Assembly (NCBI GenBank): GCA_963793425.1
Contig: CAWCAG010000009.1
Location: 640,001 to 704,000, forward strand
Length of the DNA: 64,000 bases
DNA from: an uncultured cyanobacterium
GTDB lineage: Bacteria > Cyanobacteriota > Cyanobacteriia > Cyanobacteriales > CAWCAG01
Direction: 5' to 3'
The notes under the pieces were generated by a model. The model ran no database searches. It was given only the letters and a program-made list of their open reading frames with translations, and was not told the origin of the DNA. Every line of letters starts with the position of its first letter. Position 1 is the stretch's first letter. Below are positions 49,869 through 59,174 of this stretch, piece by piece. The translations under genes and the position numbers were made by a program.

Positions 49869-51245
49869 ATGAGCAACTACCCAGATTTTTCTGCCTACGG
49901 CTATCAAGTCGAAGAGGAAGTTAAACAAAACTACGCCCCCGGTTGCACTATATATCAGGCAACGGAAATAGCAACGCAGAAACCTGTATTAATTGAACAA
50001 TTTTCTCTGGCTGAAGCTGATAAAAACTACCAGTTAGTTGTTGAAGTATTGCCACAACTAAATTGTTCTGGAGTACCTGAATATCTTGACTCCTTTAGTG
50101 ATTCTGAAGCTTTTTGCTTAATTCGCCCAGAAATAGCAACTCCTTCTTTAGCTAGTCAAAATGACTTAACTTATCAAGAAGTCAAACAAATCGCTACAGG
50201 AGTTTTACAGATATTAGTGAAACTGCAAAAGCAACCTCTTCCTCTTATTCATCGTCAGATTCAACCGGAGAATATTCTTTGGGGAGATTCTCCGGTTTAC
50301 TTAGTGAATTTTAGTTCAGCTGTAGTAATAAAAGAAGGTTATAAAATCGACGAGATTAATCAAGGAACTTGGGGTTTTATGCCTCCAGAACAAATTCTTC
50401 ATCAACCTTTAAATCTCGCTTCGGATCTCTACAGTTTAGGGGTAACAATTATCTGCTTATTAGCAGGGAAAAAATCTACAGAAATTGCCGATATTATTGA
50501 CGATACCCAAAGCATTAATTTTGATTTTCTTGTTCCTAGCTTAAATCCTCGCTTCGTTGATTGGTTAGATCGGATGGTATCTCCTAGTACCAGAGAACGC
50601 TACAAAAATGCAACTGAGGCTTTAGCAGCTTTGCAAACTATTGACTCTATTGCTTATCAAGAAACAACTACCAAAAAGAGAAAAAGCTTACCTCTGATCC
50701 CCTTAGCTGCTGCGGTTTTTATTGTGTTATTAGGTTTCATTCCTGCAAGTATTTATAGCCAAAAAAGCATTTTTGCTAATGGTAAACAATTAGGGGTAAA
50801 CAAAACTACTAATTTAATTAAAAAAGAAACTTCTTCTCTTCCCCAAGGAGAAGAAGCAAGAAAACAATTATTAGCAACAGGAGAATGTCGGGATTGTAAT
50901 TTAGCCTGGGCTAATTTAGGGGGTGCAAACCTAGCAGGAGTTGATTTAAAAGGAGCAAATTTAGAAGGGGCAAGTTTAGTAGGTGCAAACCTAGAAGAGG
51001 CTAACTTAGTCAACTGTAATTTAAAGTCAGCCCGCTTAGAAAATGCCAACCTAATTAATGCTAATCTTCGGGGTGCAAACCTAGAGATTGCTAGCCTTTT
51101 TAGTACCAACTTAGCTGGTGCAAACCTAAGCTATGCAAACCTACAAAGAGCAAATCTCATGGCTGCAAACCTCAAGTATGCTAAATTATGGCAAGCAGAT
51201 GTTCAAGGGGCAATGATGCCGAATGGAGTTAATGTTAGTTATTAG
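49869..51245 (+). CDS. Degenerate Ser/Thr kinase domain + TM + pentapeptide repeats
   Basis: IHRQIQPENIL, GTWGFMPPEQ, SDLYSLG; TM segment; C..C.L plus A(N/D)L repeats. Confidence 0.88.
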   Translation: MSNYPDFSAYGYQVEEEVKQNYAPGCTIYQATEIATQKPVLIEQFSLAEADKNYQLVVEVLPQLNCSGVPEYLDSFSDSEAFCLIRPEIATPSLASQNDLTYQEVKQIATGVLQILVKLQKQPLPLIHRQIQPENILWGDSPVYLVNFSSAVVIKEGYKIDEINQGTWGFMPPEQILHQPLNLASDLYSLGVTIICLLAGKKSTEIADIIDDTQSINFDFLVPSLNPRFVDWLDRMVSPSTRERYKNATEALAALQTIDSIAYQETTTKKRKSLPLIPLAAAVFIVLLGFIPASIYSQKSIFANGKQLGVNKTTNLIKKETSSLPQGEEARKQLLATGECRDCNLAWANLGGANLAGVDLKGANLEGASLVGANLEEANLVNCNLKSARLENANLINANLRGANLEIASLFSTNLAGANLSYANLQRANLMAANLKYAKLWQADVQGAMMPNGVNVSY

Positions 51246-51277
51246 CTAAGGAGTAGGGAGTAGGGAGTCGCAGATCA

Positions 51278-52501
51278 TCAAGGCTGATTAGCAATTACTT
51301 TGACAATGACACTGCTGCCTATTAAAGCTAAAGCAGGTGGAATTAGGGGTAACCAACCTCCTGATTGAAAAATGCTATAGCAGATTCCCCAGAGAAGGGC
51401 GATCGCCACTCCATCTATAATTAAGATTAGCCAAGGTTTAGTTTTTAGTGAAGCGACAATACCTCCCACAGTTGCCCAGGCTAGTATCCATAACCATTCT
51501 CCAAATTCAGGGGCGTACCAAATCAAAGGACGATCATCCAAAGCTGCACCTAAAAGTTGGCTGACAATTTGCCCATGAACTATTACCCCAGGCATGAGAG
51601 GATTAGTATCAGAGGTTGCGCTGAAGGGAGTTTCAAAGATGTCTTGAACACTTTGGGCAGTATAACCAATTAAGACAGCGCGATCGCGAATTAATTTTGA
51701 ATCTACTTTCCCGGCGACAACATCCCCTAAACTAACTAAATCCTTGGGTTTTGCCCCCAAAGGATAGTCAATTAAAATCTGGAAGCCATCAGCATAGGCA
51801 TCAACATAACCCCCTGCATTATCTGTTAAAGGTTCTATGGTTGCTGAACCCAGTTTAATTTTATCATCTTCAGTAAACTCAGGTTCAATCTCTTCTTCCT
51901 CTAAATATAAAGTAGCTGTTGCAAAGGCAAGGGAATAAAGATCCGCATTAGGATCATTACATAAGTGTTCATTCTCATATTCAGTTTCAGCCAAAGCCGG
52001 AATAGCGAACAAAAAACCGCGACGTTGTATATTATCAATATCTATAGGTAAATCGGCAAAACCAACTTGTTCTTCCGAAAGATCAGGAGGCGGGGCAACA
52101 CCAGGGCTTTCTGCCTCATTCATTTGACAAGCAACAACCACATTAGACTCAGCAAACTCTTCTAATAATTCTTCCCTTCCTTCCCCCACAGGAATATCCC
52201 GCAACACATCCAATGCAATAACCCTAGCATCATTAGCTTGCAGTTCCTCAATCGCCTCTGCCATCACTCCATCGGGTACACTAGAAGCATTTAAAGTGGT
52301 AAGATCATCTTCGGTAATACCTACAACTAAAATCCGATCTTCTTCCTCTTCTGTTGGTTGCCAACGCAAAAAATGGTCAAAAGCTTGCAACTCAAAACCT
52401 TCTAAAAATCCCAATTGACGCAGCAAAATCACTGCTGCGGTTGCAGCTAAAGTTGCGATCGCTACTTTACCAATTCTGAGTATTAAGGGGTTATTAGTCA
52501 T
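51278..52501 (-). CDS. Stand-alone CHASE2 domain membrane protein
   Basis: ELQAFD, ILVVGITEDD, VIALDVLRD, VLIGYTA, MPGVIVHGQIVSQ, three C-terminal TMs, no output domain. Confidence 0.9.
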   Translation of the reverse strand: MTNNPLILRIGKVAIATLAATAAVILLRQLGFLEGFELQAFDHFLRWQPTEEEEDRILVVGITEDDLTTLNASSVPDGVMAEAIEELQANDARVIALDVLRDIPVGEGREELLEEFAESNVVVACQMNEAESPGVAPPPDLSEEQVGFADLPIDIDNIQRRGFLFAIPALAETEYENEHLCNDPNADLYSLAFATATLYLEEEEIEPEFTEDDKIKLGSATIEPLTDNAGGYVDAYADGFQILIDYPLGAKPKDLVSLGDVVAGKVDSKLIRDRAVLIGYTAQSVQDIFETPFSATSDTNPLMPGVIVHGQIVSQLLGAALDDRPLIWYAPEFGEWLWILAWATVGGIVASLKTKPWLILIIDGVAIALLWGICYSIFQSGGWLPLIPPALALIGSSVIVKVIANQP

Positions 52502-52733
52502 TGAGCATCAGGATGAGAAGTAAAGTATTATATCCTTTGCTCTACTTTATATTGTGAGTCTCAACAAGTAAATAAAAAATCACCTAAACGTATAGAATAT
52601 TTATCATGGCGAGGAGTGCGATTGCCAGAAAATACAGAGATAATATTTTTTTAGTGCAATTTTAAAGCTTGATATCTTTAAAGTAATGAGCTTCTGCAAA
52701 ATAGATCAAGTAATAATTTTGTTATCAAACAAA

Positions 52734-54835
52734 TCAAACTCTTAACCTTAATTCCCAACTATCCAAAGTACCTTGATCCTCTGCCACATAATCAATAACT
52801 TTTAACTGCCAAGTACCTTTAGCTGGTTGTTCAAGCATTTGTTTAAGCACAGGAGCAGTTTCTAAATTATAGATTTTTTGTAACTTCGTCTTAGCCCCTA
52901 AAGTACGACTTTGAAGCAAAATGGTTTGCCCAGTAGGAGAAACTAAATTAACTTCTAAATCTCCTAAAAACTGATGAGTTATATTCACGGTTACTTGAAT
53001 ATCTTTAACAATTCCCGCCTCACCAATCCGCAAATTACTATTTATACCCCGCCAACTATTATCAGGAATGGCGATGGGGGAACTATTACTTTTTTGTAGA
53101 GTACGAGAAGCCGATTGAGTTTTTAAAGTAACTTGAGCAGCCTTTACTGCTTTGAAAGCATTCACCTTACCATAACCAAACCACTGACAAAAACCATTGT
53201 TATCATAGGTTCCCATACGCAAACCTAATTGCGGGTCAGGGTTAGTATCAACTATTTTATCAGCACTTTGTTGGAGAATTTTCCTAACTTGCTGGGCCGT
53301 AAGATGAGGATTAACCGAAAGTACTAAAGCTGCAACCCCAGCCACCACAGGACAAGCACTAGATGTACCCCCAAAAGTATGGGTGAAGTCACTGCCGTGA
53401 TAACCGAGCTGTCCTAATAAATCAGTAGTAAAAACTCCTAGTCCTGGCAATGAGGAAGTCACCTTTGGCCCTGTACTGATATAACCCGTCTTTTGAAACC
53501 ACATTCCTGGTGGTGCATTATTGCTGGGGGCGCAAACGGAAATATTCGTTCCCCAATTACTATAAGCAGACTTCTGCCCTAAACTTGTACAAGCAGAAAC
53601 AGCAATCACATCAGGATGTGCCGCAAAACCACTTAACCATTCCGTCGGTCCGTTTAAAAGATTTTCCTGCCAGTTACGTTCATAAATAGTGCCATTTACC
53701 GGGCGATTAGCATTTCCAGCGGCAAAAACCACCACACAACCCTTACCATCCCTGCCCCTCACAGCCGCACGGTTAATAGCCGCTTTTTGGCGCAAAGAAA
53801 GGGGAAAACGCACTGCGGCTGCCCCCCAGCTACAGGAAATAACGCTAGCCCCGTTATCCACTGCCCAACTAAAAAGTTTTTCAATAGAATTATCATCTAA
53901 AAAGCCTGTAGTACGCAGAGGCATCAAAGCACAACCAGGGGCCGCCCCTACCACGCCATCTCCCGTTTCCTCCGCCACAGCCACCCCTGCACAGGAAGTA
54001 CCATGACTTTCTTGGGAAGACTCCGGTAGAGGAATAAAATCTTGATCCTTAAAATCTCTGGGAGCAACTATTTTTCCTGCCCCTGGAAATCAGGATGGTT
54101 AATATCAATAGCATCATCAGTAATCGCCACCACAATAGAACGTTCTCCTTTAGTGATTTCCCAAGCTTTTTCCGCATCAATATGGGAATTCGCCGCTAAA
54201 AAAGAACCACCATTATGGTTAAGATACCACTGCTGCCCATAATAAGTATCTTGGGGGCGGTAGTAAGAATCTTGTTGAATAAGAATATTCGCTTCTGCGG
54301 TTAAAACTTGAGGATTTCCCAGCAAGCGATTAGTGATTTTAACCGGATTTTCTGTAGCTGCGGCAGTAACTCGATAAACGAACCCATGATCAAGTTCTTC
54401 TATTTGCTTCACAAATTCCAAACCATAAGCAGAAGTAATCCCTTCCCTTGCTTGGGGAGATAAGTTGGAACCAAACTGGACAGTTAATTCGTCTGTAAGG
54501 TAAATCAGGGCTTCAGGGTTATTCTCTAGCTGGTAAACATGACTAGCATAAGCAACGGTTTCCAAATCCCTAGCTGTTTCCATAGCCTCTTCTATAGCCC
54601 CAGATTCTACTCTGATTTCGTCAAGAGAATTAAGGGGAAGGGTATATTGGGCAATAGCAGCCATCTCCTGTGTTAAATCAACCTTGGAGTTGAGGGCGAC
54701 GGTGAAACGATCTTCAGCTTTGAAGAGATTTAGTTCTTCACCCCCTCGTTGTAAAATTAACCCTACACTTTCTTCAGGGACTGCATTTGGCTGTTTAGTC
54801 CCCTCAGAAGCAGCAGCATCAGGATTGTAGATCAT
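52734..54835 (-). pseudogene. S8 subtilisin/kexin-like peptidase with P-domain, split by a single-base frameshift near 54075
   Basis: Asp motif (VAITDDAIDINHPD) in ORF 54068-54835; HGTSCAG, AAGN, GTSSACP and P-domain in the downstream frame; one extra base restores QGKIVAPRDF. Confidence 0.85.
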
Positions 54836-54976
54836 GATCTTTACTCTCCTTTTGTTCTAAATTACAGGTTGTTGCTGTGCCTTTGTCGTAAGACATCATT
54901 GATAACTAATCATTGATAAGATACCTGAAGCCTAAATAAATTGTATTCCTTGCCATTAACTTCTAAAAAATATTCA

Positions 54977-56008
54977 ATGTTAATTCCCTTAAATTTTCGA
55001 CGCTTGTCCCTAATTTGCCTTTGTTCAGTACCTTTTTCTCTTTATTTAGGGGGAATACCTTCTGGATTAGCTCAAAACACCCTAGACTCTCCTGGAGAAG
55101 ACTTGAGTGATCCTAGCAATGTTCGCCCCTTAACTGAGTCTGATAGTTTACTCAGCTTACAAGGAGGAGAAAGATTAATGGCAGAATCTATTACAGCCAT
55201 CGATAACCAAGATTATAGTCTAGCGGCGAAAAAGCTCCAGGAAGCTCGCCAAATATTTAACCAGCTTACTAACTTTTATCAGCAGCTATCGAATAGCTTC
55301 TCTGGTATCTATCAGCCAGTTTCTGAGTCACAAAAAAGTAGCGCCTTAGCTGCGGCACAAAAACGAGATGAAGCAACCTATAAACTAGCTTTGGTACATC
55401 GTGCCAATAACCAACCAGAATTAGCTGTACCTTTACTCGCCCAGGTTATCCGTTCCCAAAATCCTACTACAGAATTAGGCTCTAAAGCCTACCGACAACT
55501 ATATGAATTAGGTTTTGTAGATATCGCTTTTCCTCCGGGTGATCCTAGTTTTAATAATGAACTCCGTCCCCTCAAACAATCTGATAGCTTCTTAAGTTTA
55601 TTGGGAGGCGATCGCTTAATGTCTGAAGCAATCAACGCTTCCAATAGCCAAAACTATAGCCTTGCCACAAAAAAATTCCAAGAATCTCGCCAAGTATTCA
55701 ACCAACTTACAAATTTCTATCAGCAGCTATCCAGTGGCTTCACTGGCATTGATACAGAAGTTTCTGATAGTTTAAGGGTTAAAGCTCTCCGGGCAGCCCA
55801 AAAACGGGACGACGCTACCTATAGATTAGCTTTAGCACACAAAAGCAACCAGCAACCAGAATTAGCTGTTCCTTTATTTATACAAATTGTCCGCTCTCAA
55901 AATCCTACATCCCAATTAGGACAAGAAGCTTATCAGCAGTTATTGGAGTTGGGCTTTGTTGAGTCTCCTTACCCGCCTGTTGAGGAATCAGTGATCAACG
56001 ATCAATGA
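54977..56008 (+). CDS. Exported cyanobacterial hypothetical protein with an internally duplicated helical domain
   Basis: Signal peptide; two copies of RPL..SDS.LSL.GG.RLM...FNQLTNFYQQLS...QPELAVPL..Q..RSQNPT..LG..AY.QL.ELGFV. Confidence 0.82.
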   Translation: MLIPLNFRRLSLICLCSVPFSLYLGGIPSGLAQNTLDSPGEDLSDPSNVRPLTESDSLLSLQGGERLMAESITAIDNQDYSLAAKKLQEARQIFNQLTNFYQQLSNSFSGIYQPVSESQKSSALAAAQKRDEATYKLALVHRANNQPELAVPLLAQVIRSQNPTTELGSKAYRQLYELGFVDIAFPPGDPSFNNELRPLKQSDSFLSLLGGDRLMSEAINASNSQNYSLATKKFQESRQVFNQLTNFYQQLSSGFTGIDTEVSDSLRVKALRAAQKRDDATYRLALAHKSNQQPELAVPLFIQIVRSQNPTSQLGQEAYQQLLELGFVESPYPPVEESVINDQ

Positions 56009-56066
56009 TGCCTAACGGCAACGGCAAGCCGTACAATGTTTAATGTTTAATGTTCAATGATCAATG
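55990..56066. repeat. CAATGAT/TAATGTT heptamer array interrupted by a 24-nt SDR-like insert (56010-56033)
   Basis: caatgat[GCCTAACGGCAACGGCAAGCCGTA]caatgtt. Confidence 0.65.
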
Positions 56067-56122
56067 AATAAGAGGCCTTATTATTGAGAGTGAGATAAAG
56101 TGCGAATATTGGGGAAGCTTTC

Positions 56123-56374
56123 ATGGTTAGCCAAGAGCAAGTTAAAGCAATGATTAAAGCGAAGATACCTGATGCTCAGGTAATGGTTGAAGATTTAACA
56201 GGAGGCGGCGATCATCTCCAAGCTACTGTAGTATCTTCTGAGTTCGCCGGTAAAAATAGAGTGAAGCAGCATCAGCTTGTTTATGGCGCTTTAAAAGAGG
56301 CAATGGCTTCAGAAGCAATTCATGCCTTGGCACTGAAAACTTATACTCCTGAAGCTTGGGAAACTCAAACATAG
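56123..56374 (+). CDS. bolA: BolA family protein
   Basis: [27 protein letters not shown]. Confidence 0.93.
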   Translation: MVSQEQVKAMIKAKIPDAQVMVEDLTGGGDHLQATVVSSEFAGKNRVKQHQLVYGALKEAMASEAIHALALKTYTPEAWETQT

Positions 56375-56408
56375 TCAACAAATTAGCAAAACCCTAGGAG
56401 AATTAATT

Positions 56409-56732
56409 ATGAGTACAGAAGCTAAAAAACGAATTGAAGAATTAGTTAATAGCAGCAAAATTTTTATCTTTATGAAGGGAAACAAACTGATGCCTCAGTG
56501 TGGTTTTTCTAATAATGTTGTGCAAATTATCAACACTTTAGGGGTTCCTTACGAAACTTTTGATGTACTTTCTGATCCAGAAATCCGTCAAGGAGTTAAG
56601 GAATATTCTGATTGGCCAACTATTCCCCAAGTTTATATTGATGGTGAATTTTTAGGTGGTTCTGATATTCTCATCGAAATGTATCAAAGTGGAGAATTAC
56701 AAGAAAAAGTACAAATAGCTTTAGCCTCATAA
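56409..56732 (+). CDS. grxD: Monothiol glutaredoxin (Grx4 family)
   Basis: FMKG, PQCGFS, WPTIPQ, GGSDI. Confidence 0.96.
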   Translation: MSTEAKKRIEELVNSSKIFIFMKGNKLMPQCGFSNNVVQIINTLGVPYETFDVLSDPEIRQGVKEYSDWPTIPQVYIDGEFLGGSDILIEMYQSGELQEKVQIALAS

Positions 56733-56745
56733 AGGACTTACTTGC

Positions 56746-56799
56746 GGGCGGGTTTTACTTAGTCTGCATTATTGTCCAAAATCTCTATTAACCCGCCCC
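56746..56799. repeat. REP-like inverted repeat GGGCGGGTT...AACCCGCCC
   Basis: Same arms as the 47418 copy; downstream of grxD. Confidence 0.65.
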
Positions 56800-56854
56800 T
56801 TCTTTTGAACTGATTAGGCTAAGATATAGTAGATACCTTGTCTTAGTTGACCAA

Positions 56855-57238
56855 ATGACTAGAGCTGAACCTTTTACTAGCAAAAATGTCCGTAGACAAA
56901 CTAAACAGCATTCAGAAGAATCTTCAGGGTTAAGAGAATCTTCCCCTCAAACCCATGCTCATAAACACGTTCATAGCGAAGAGTCTCTCCGCAAAATCGT
57001 TAATCGACTCTCTCGTATTGAAGGGCATATTCGTGGGGTGAAAACTATGGTGAGTGCAAGCAGCCCTTGTCCGGAAGTACTGATCCAAATTGCTGCGGTG
57101 AGAGGTGCTTTGGATCGGGTGGCGAGAATAATTTTTGATGAACATTTATCAGAATGTATCACTCGCGCCGTAGAAGATGGCAATATTGATACGGAAATTG
57201 AAGAGTTAAAAGCGGCCCTAGACCGCTTTTTGCCTTAA
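56855..57238 (+). CDS. CsoR/RcnR-family metal-sensing repressor (InrS-like, His-rich N-terminus)
   Basis: HAHKHVH, RLSRIEGH, CPEVLIQIAAVRGAL, EHLSEC. Confidence 0.92.
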   Translation: MTRAEPFTSKNVRRQTKQHSEESSGLRESSPQTHAHKHVHSEESLRKIVNRLSRIEGHIRGVKTMVSASSPCPEVLIQIAAVRGALDRVARIIFDEHLSECITRAVEDGNIDTEIEELKAALDRFLP

Positions 57239-57248
57239 GACTTTAAGG

Positions 57249-57836
57249 TTAATTATCCTTAACAGCCGAGGCTAAATGTTTTTCAATTAGTTCAGGAACT
57301 TTTTTGGCATTCACCTTACTGTAGCGGACTTTATCTGGCATCAAGACTAAGTTAGGGCCTTTCTTGCATTCTTTGAGACAGCCCACTGATTTGATCGTTA
57401 CTTCTTCTTCTATGCCGCGATCGCGCAAATTCTTTTCTAGGGCTTCGTAAACTTTTTTTGCCCCTCTTTTTGTACAGCTTGATTTTTGACAAATTAAAAC
57501 TTTGGCTTTGCTTTTACTTTTCCCTTTCTTAGCTTGGGAAGGAGCAACAACTTCTGGAAGAGTCTCAGTTTCCGTTTTTAAGATAACTGAATCTGCTTTA
57601 TATTTAACCTTGCCATTTTTACGATTAACTTCTTTCGTCCCTTCTATCTCCAGCCAGCAACCAGGAATGATACGCGGATCAAGACTGCGGCGAATTTCTT
57701 TGGATAATTTAACCCAATATTCTACCTCGTTAACAATCATCCGCAGATATTTGACTTTATAACCATCTTTAATTACAAAACCAAGTAATTGTCCGGCAAG
57801 ATTAAAATCTTCGACTCGGTGCTTGGATTTTGACAT
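57249..57836 (-). CDS. Thioredoxin-like [2Fe-2S] ferredoxin domain protein with N-terminal extension
   Basis: ICQKSSC, GCLKECKKGPN. Confidence 0.85.
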   Translation of the reverse strand: MSKSKHRVEDFNLAGQLLGFVIKDGYKVKYLRMIVNEVEYWVKLSKEIRRSLDPRIIPGCWLEIEGTKEVNRKNGKVKYKADSVILKTETETLPEVVAPSQAKKGKSKSKAKVLICQKSSCTKRGAKKVYEALEKNLRDRGIEEEVTIKSVGCLKECKKGPNLVLMPDKVRYSKVNAKKVPELIEKHLASAVKDN

Positions 57837-57861
57837 TATCAATTTTTCCTATATTTACTAT

Positions 57862-58125
57862 TTAATTTTCTTGGGAACAGTTCTTTATTCGCCAACAGCA
57901 TTCTAACCAATTAAGAGATTCTGGGCGAGAAGCGGTTAATCTTCTCAAAATACTCCATAGTTGCATCGTCGCTAGCGGAGTATTTATTTCTACCTGCAAA
58001 GGTTGATTGGCTAGGCATTGGCAGGGAACTTGAAGTTCTTGTAAGCGATGATAAACTTGCCAGCGATCTGCCCAGTTTACCTCTACAACGGTGCTTGTTT
58101 TTGTTTCTTGATTTAAGGGATTCAT
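57862..58125 (-). CDS. Asr1405/Asl0597 family protein
   Basis: DRWQVYHRLQELQVPC.C, QLWS, WLECCW. Confidence 0.85.
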   Translation of the reverse strand: MNPLNQETKTSTVVEVNWADRWQVYHRLQELQVPCQCLANQPLQVEINTPLATMQLWSILRRLTASRPESLNWLECCWRIKNCSQEN

Positions 58126-58447
58126 CCACTCACACAAACAAAAAAGAGTTTCAATTATTATCGGAAAAGCTAATTTTCCTCGTTAATAAGCAATTCCCAA
58201 ACCTTGTAAGGTTTAGCTGCTCATTCTATAATCATTAGTATACACTCTAAACGCTAAAGATTCTCAACTAACCATGATTTGAAAAGCTATAATTATCCAA
58301 CAAGAAAATGCTAAAACCTAGAACCTATAAGGGATAAGAGGATTGGGACTTTTTGAAAAATTTATCATAAAACTTGGTTCAAATCAGTTAATTTCTGCTA
58401 AGTTAGTATTATCAATAAGACTTCTTTAATGAAAGGAGATACACTAG

Positions 58448-59002
58448 ATGTCTATTACTCAGGGTTTGCTAAGGTCTTTCGGTGAAGTTGAAGATAATCC
58501 TATCTTGCTTGACAAAAGCGTAACTGAGCCAGTTTGTGAAGGAATTAATGTACTGTTAGCAAGTTTCCAGGGTTTATACTTGCAGTACCAAAAGCATCAC
58601 TTTGTAGTTGAGGGTTCAGAATTTTACTCTTTGCACCAATTCTTTCAAGAAAGCTACGACGAAGTGCAAGGACACGTCCACGATTTAGGAGAGCGTTTAA
58701 ACGGCATAGGTGGAATTCCGGCGGCTGGTTTTGCTAAATTAGCTGAGTTGTGTTGCTTTGAACCAGAATCAGAAGGTGTTTTTGATTCTCGCACTATGGT
58801 AAAACACGATTTAGCATCAGAGCAAGAAGTAATTAAAGTATTGCGTCGTCAAGCTACCCAAGCAGAAAGTTTAGGCGATCGCGCTACTCGTTATCTTTAT
58901 GAGCAAATTTTACTAAAAACCGAAGAAAGAGCTTACCATCTTCAACACTTCTTAGTTGCAGATAGTTTAACTCTCGGTTTTGTGCAAAACGGTTCTAAAT
59001 AA
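58448..59002 (+). CDS. dps: Dps family ferritin-like protein
   Basis: [40 protein letters not shown]. Confidence 0.94.
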   Translation: MSITQGLLRSFGEVEDNPILLDKSVTEPVCEGINVLLASFQGLYLQYQKHHFVVEGSEFYSLHQFFQESYDEVQGHVHDLGERLNGIGGIPAAGFAKLAELCCFEPESEGVFDSRTMVKHDLASEQEVIKVLRRQATQAESLGDRATRYLYEQILLKTEERAYHLQHFLVADSLTLGFVQNGSK

Positions 59003-59003
59003 T

Positions 59004-59099
59004 TAGGTAATAGGTAATAGGTAATAGGTTAAGACATCTTTAACACTGGGTTTTCATAAATTAGCTGAATCTAAATCGATTCCTTCCCTATTACCTATT
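59004..59099. repeat. TAGGTAA heptamer array with an inverted copy (CCTATTACCTATT) about 55 bp downstream
   Basis: Directly visible downstream of dps; could fold as a 3' hairpin. Confidence 0.6.
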
Positions 59100-59174
59100 T
59101 CTTGTTTCTTAACAGTACAGAAATACTATACTAAAATAAGTAGTAGCTTCTTACCAACAACTCGGTAAAGTCTC

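Noticed and set aside
50900..51200. Recurrent GGTGCAAACCTA DNA repeats as a possible CRISPR or other array
   Set aside because: Explained by pentapeptide-repeat coding; no spacers or cas genes anywhere in the window
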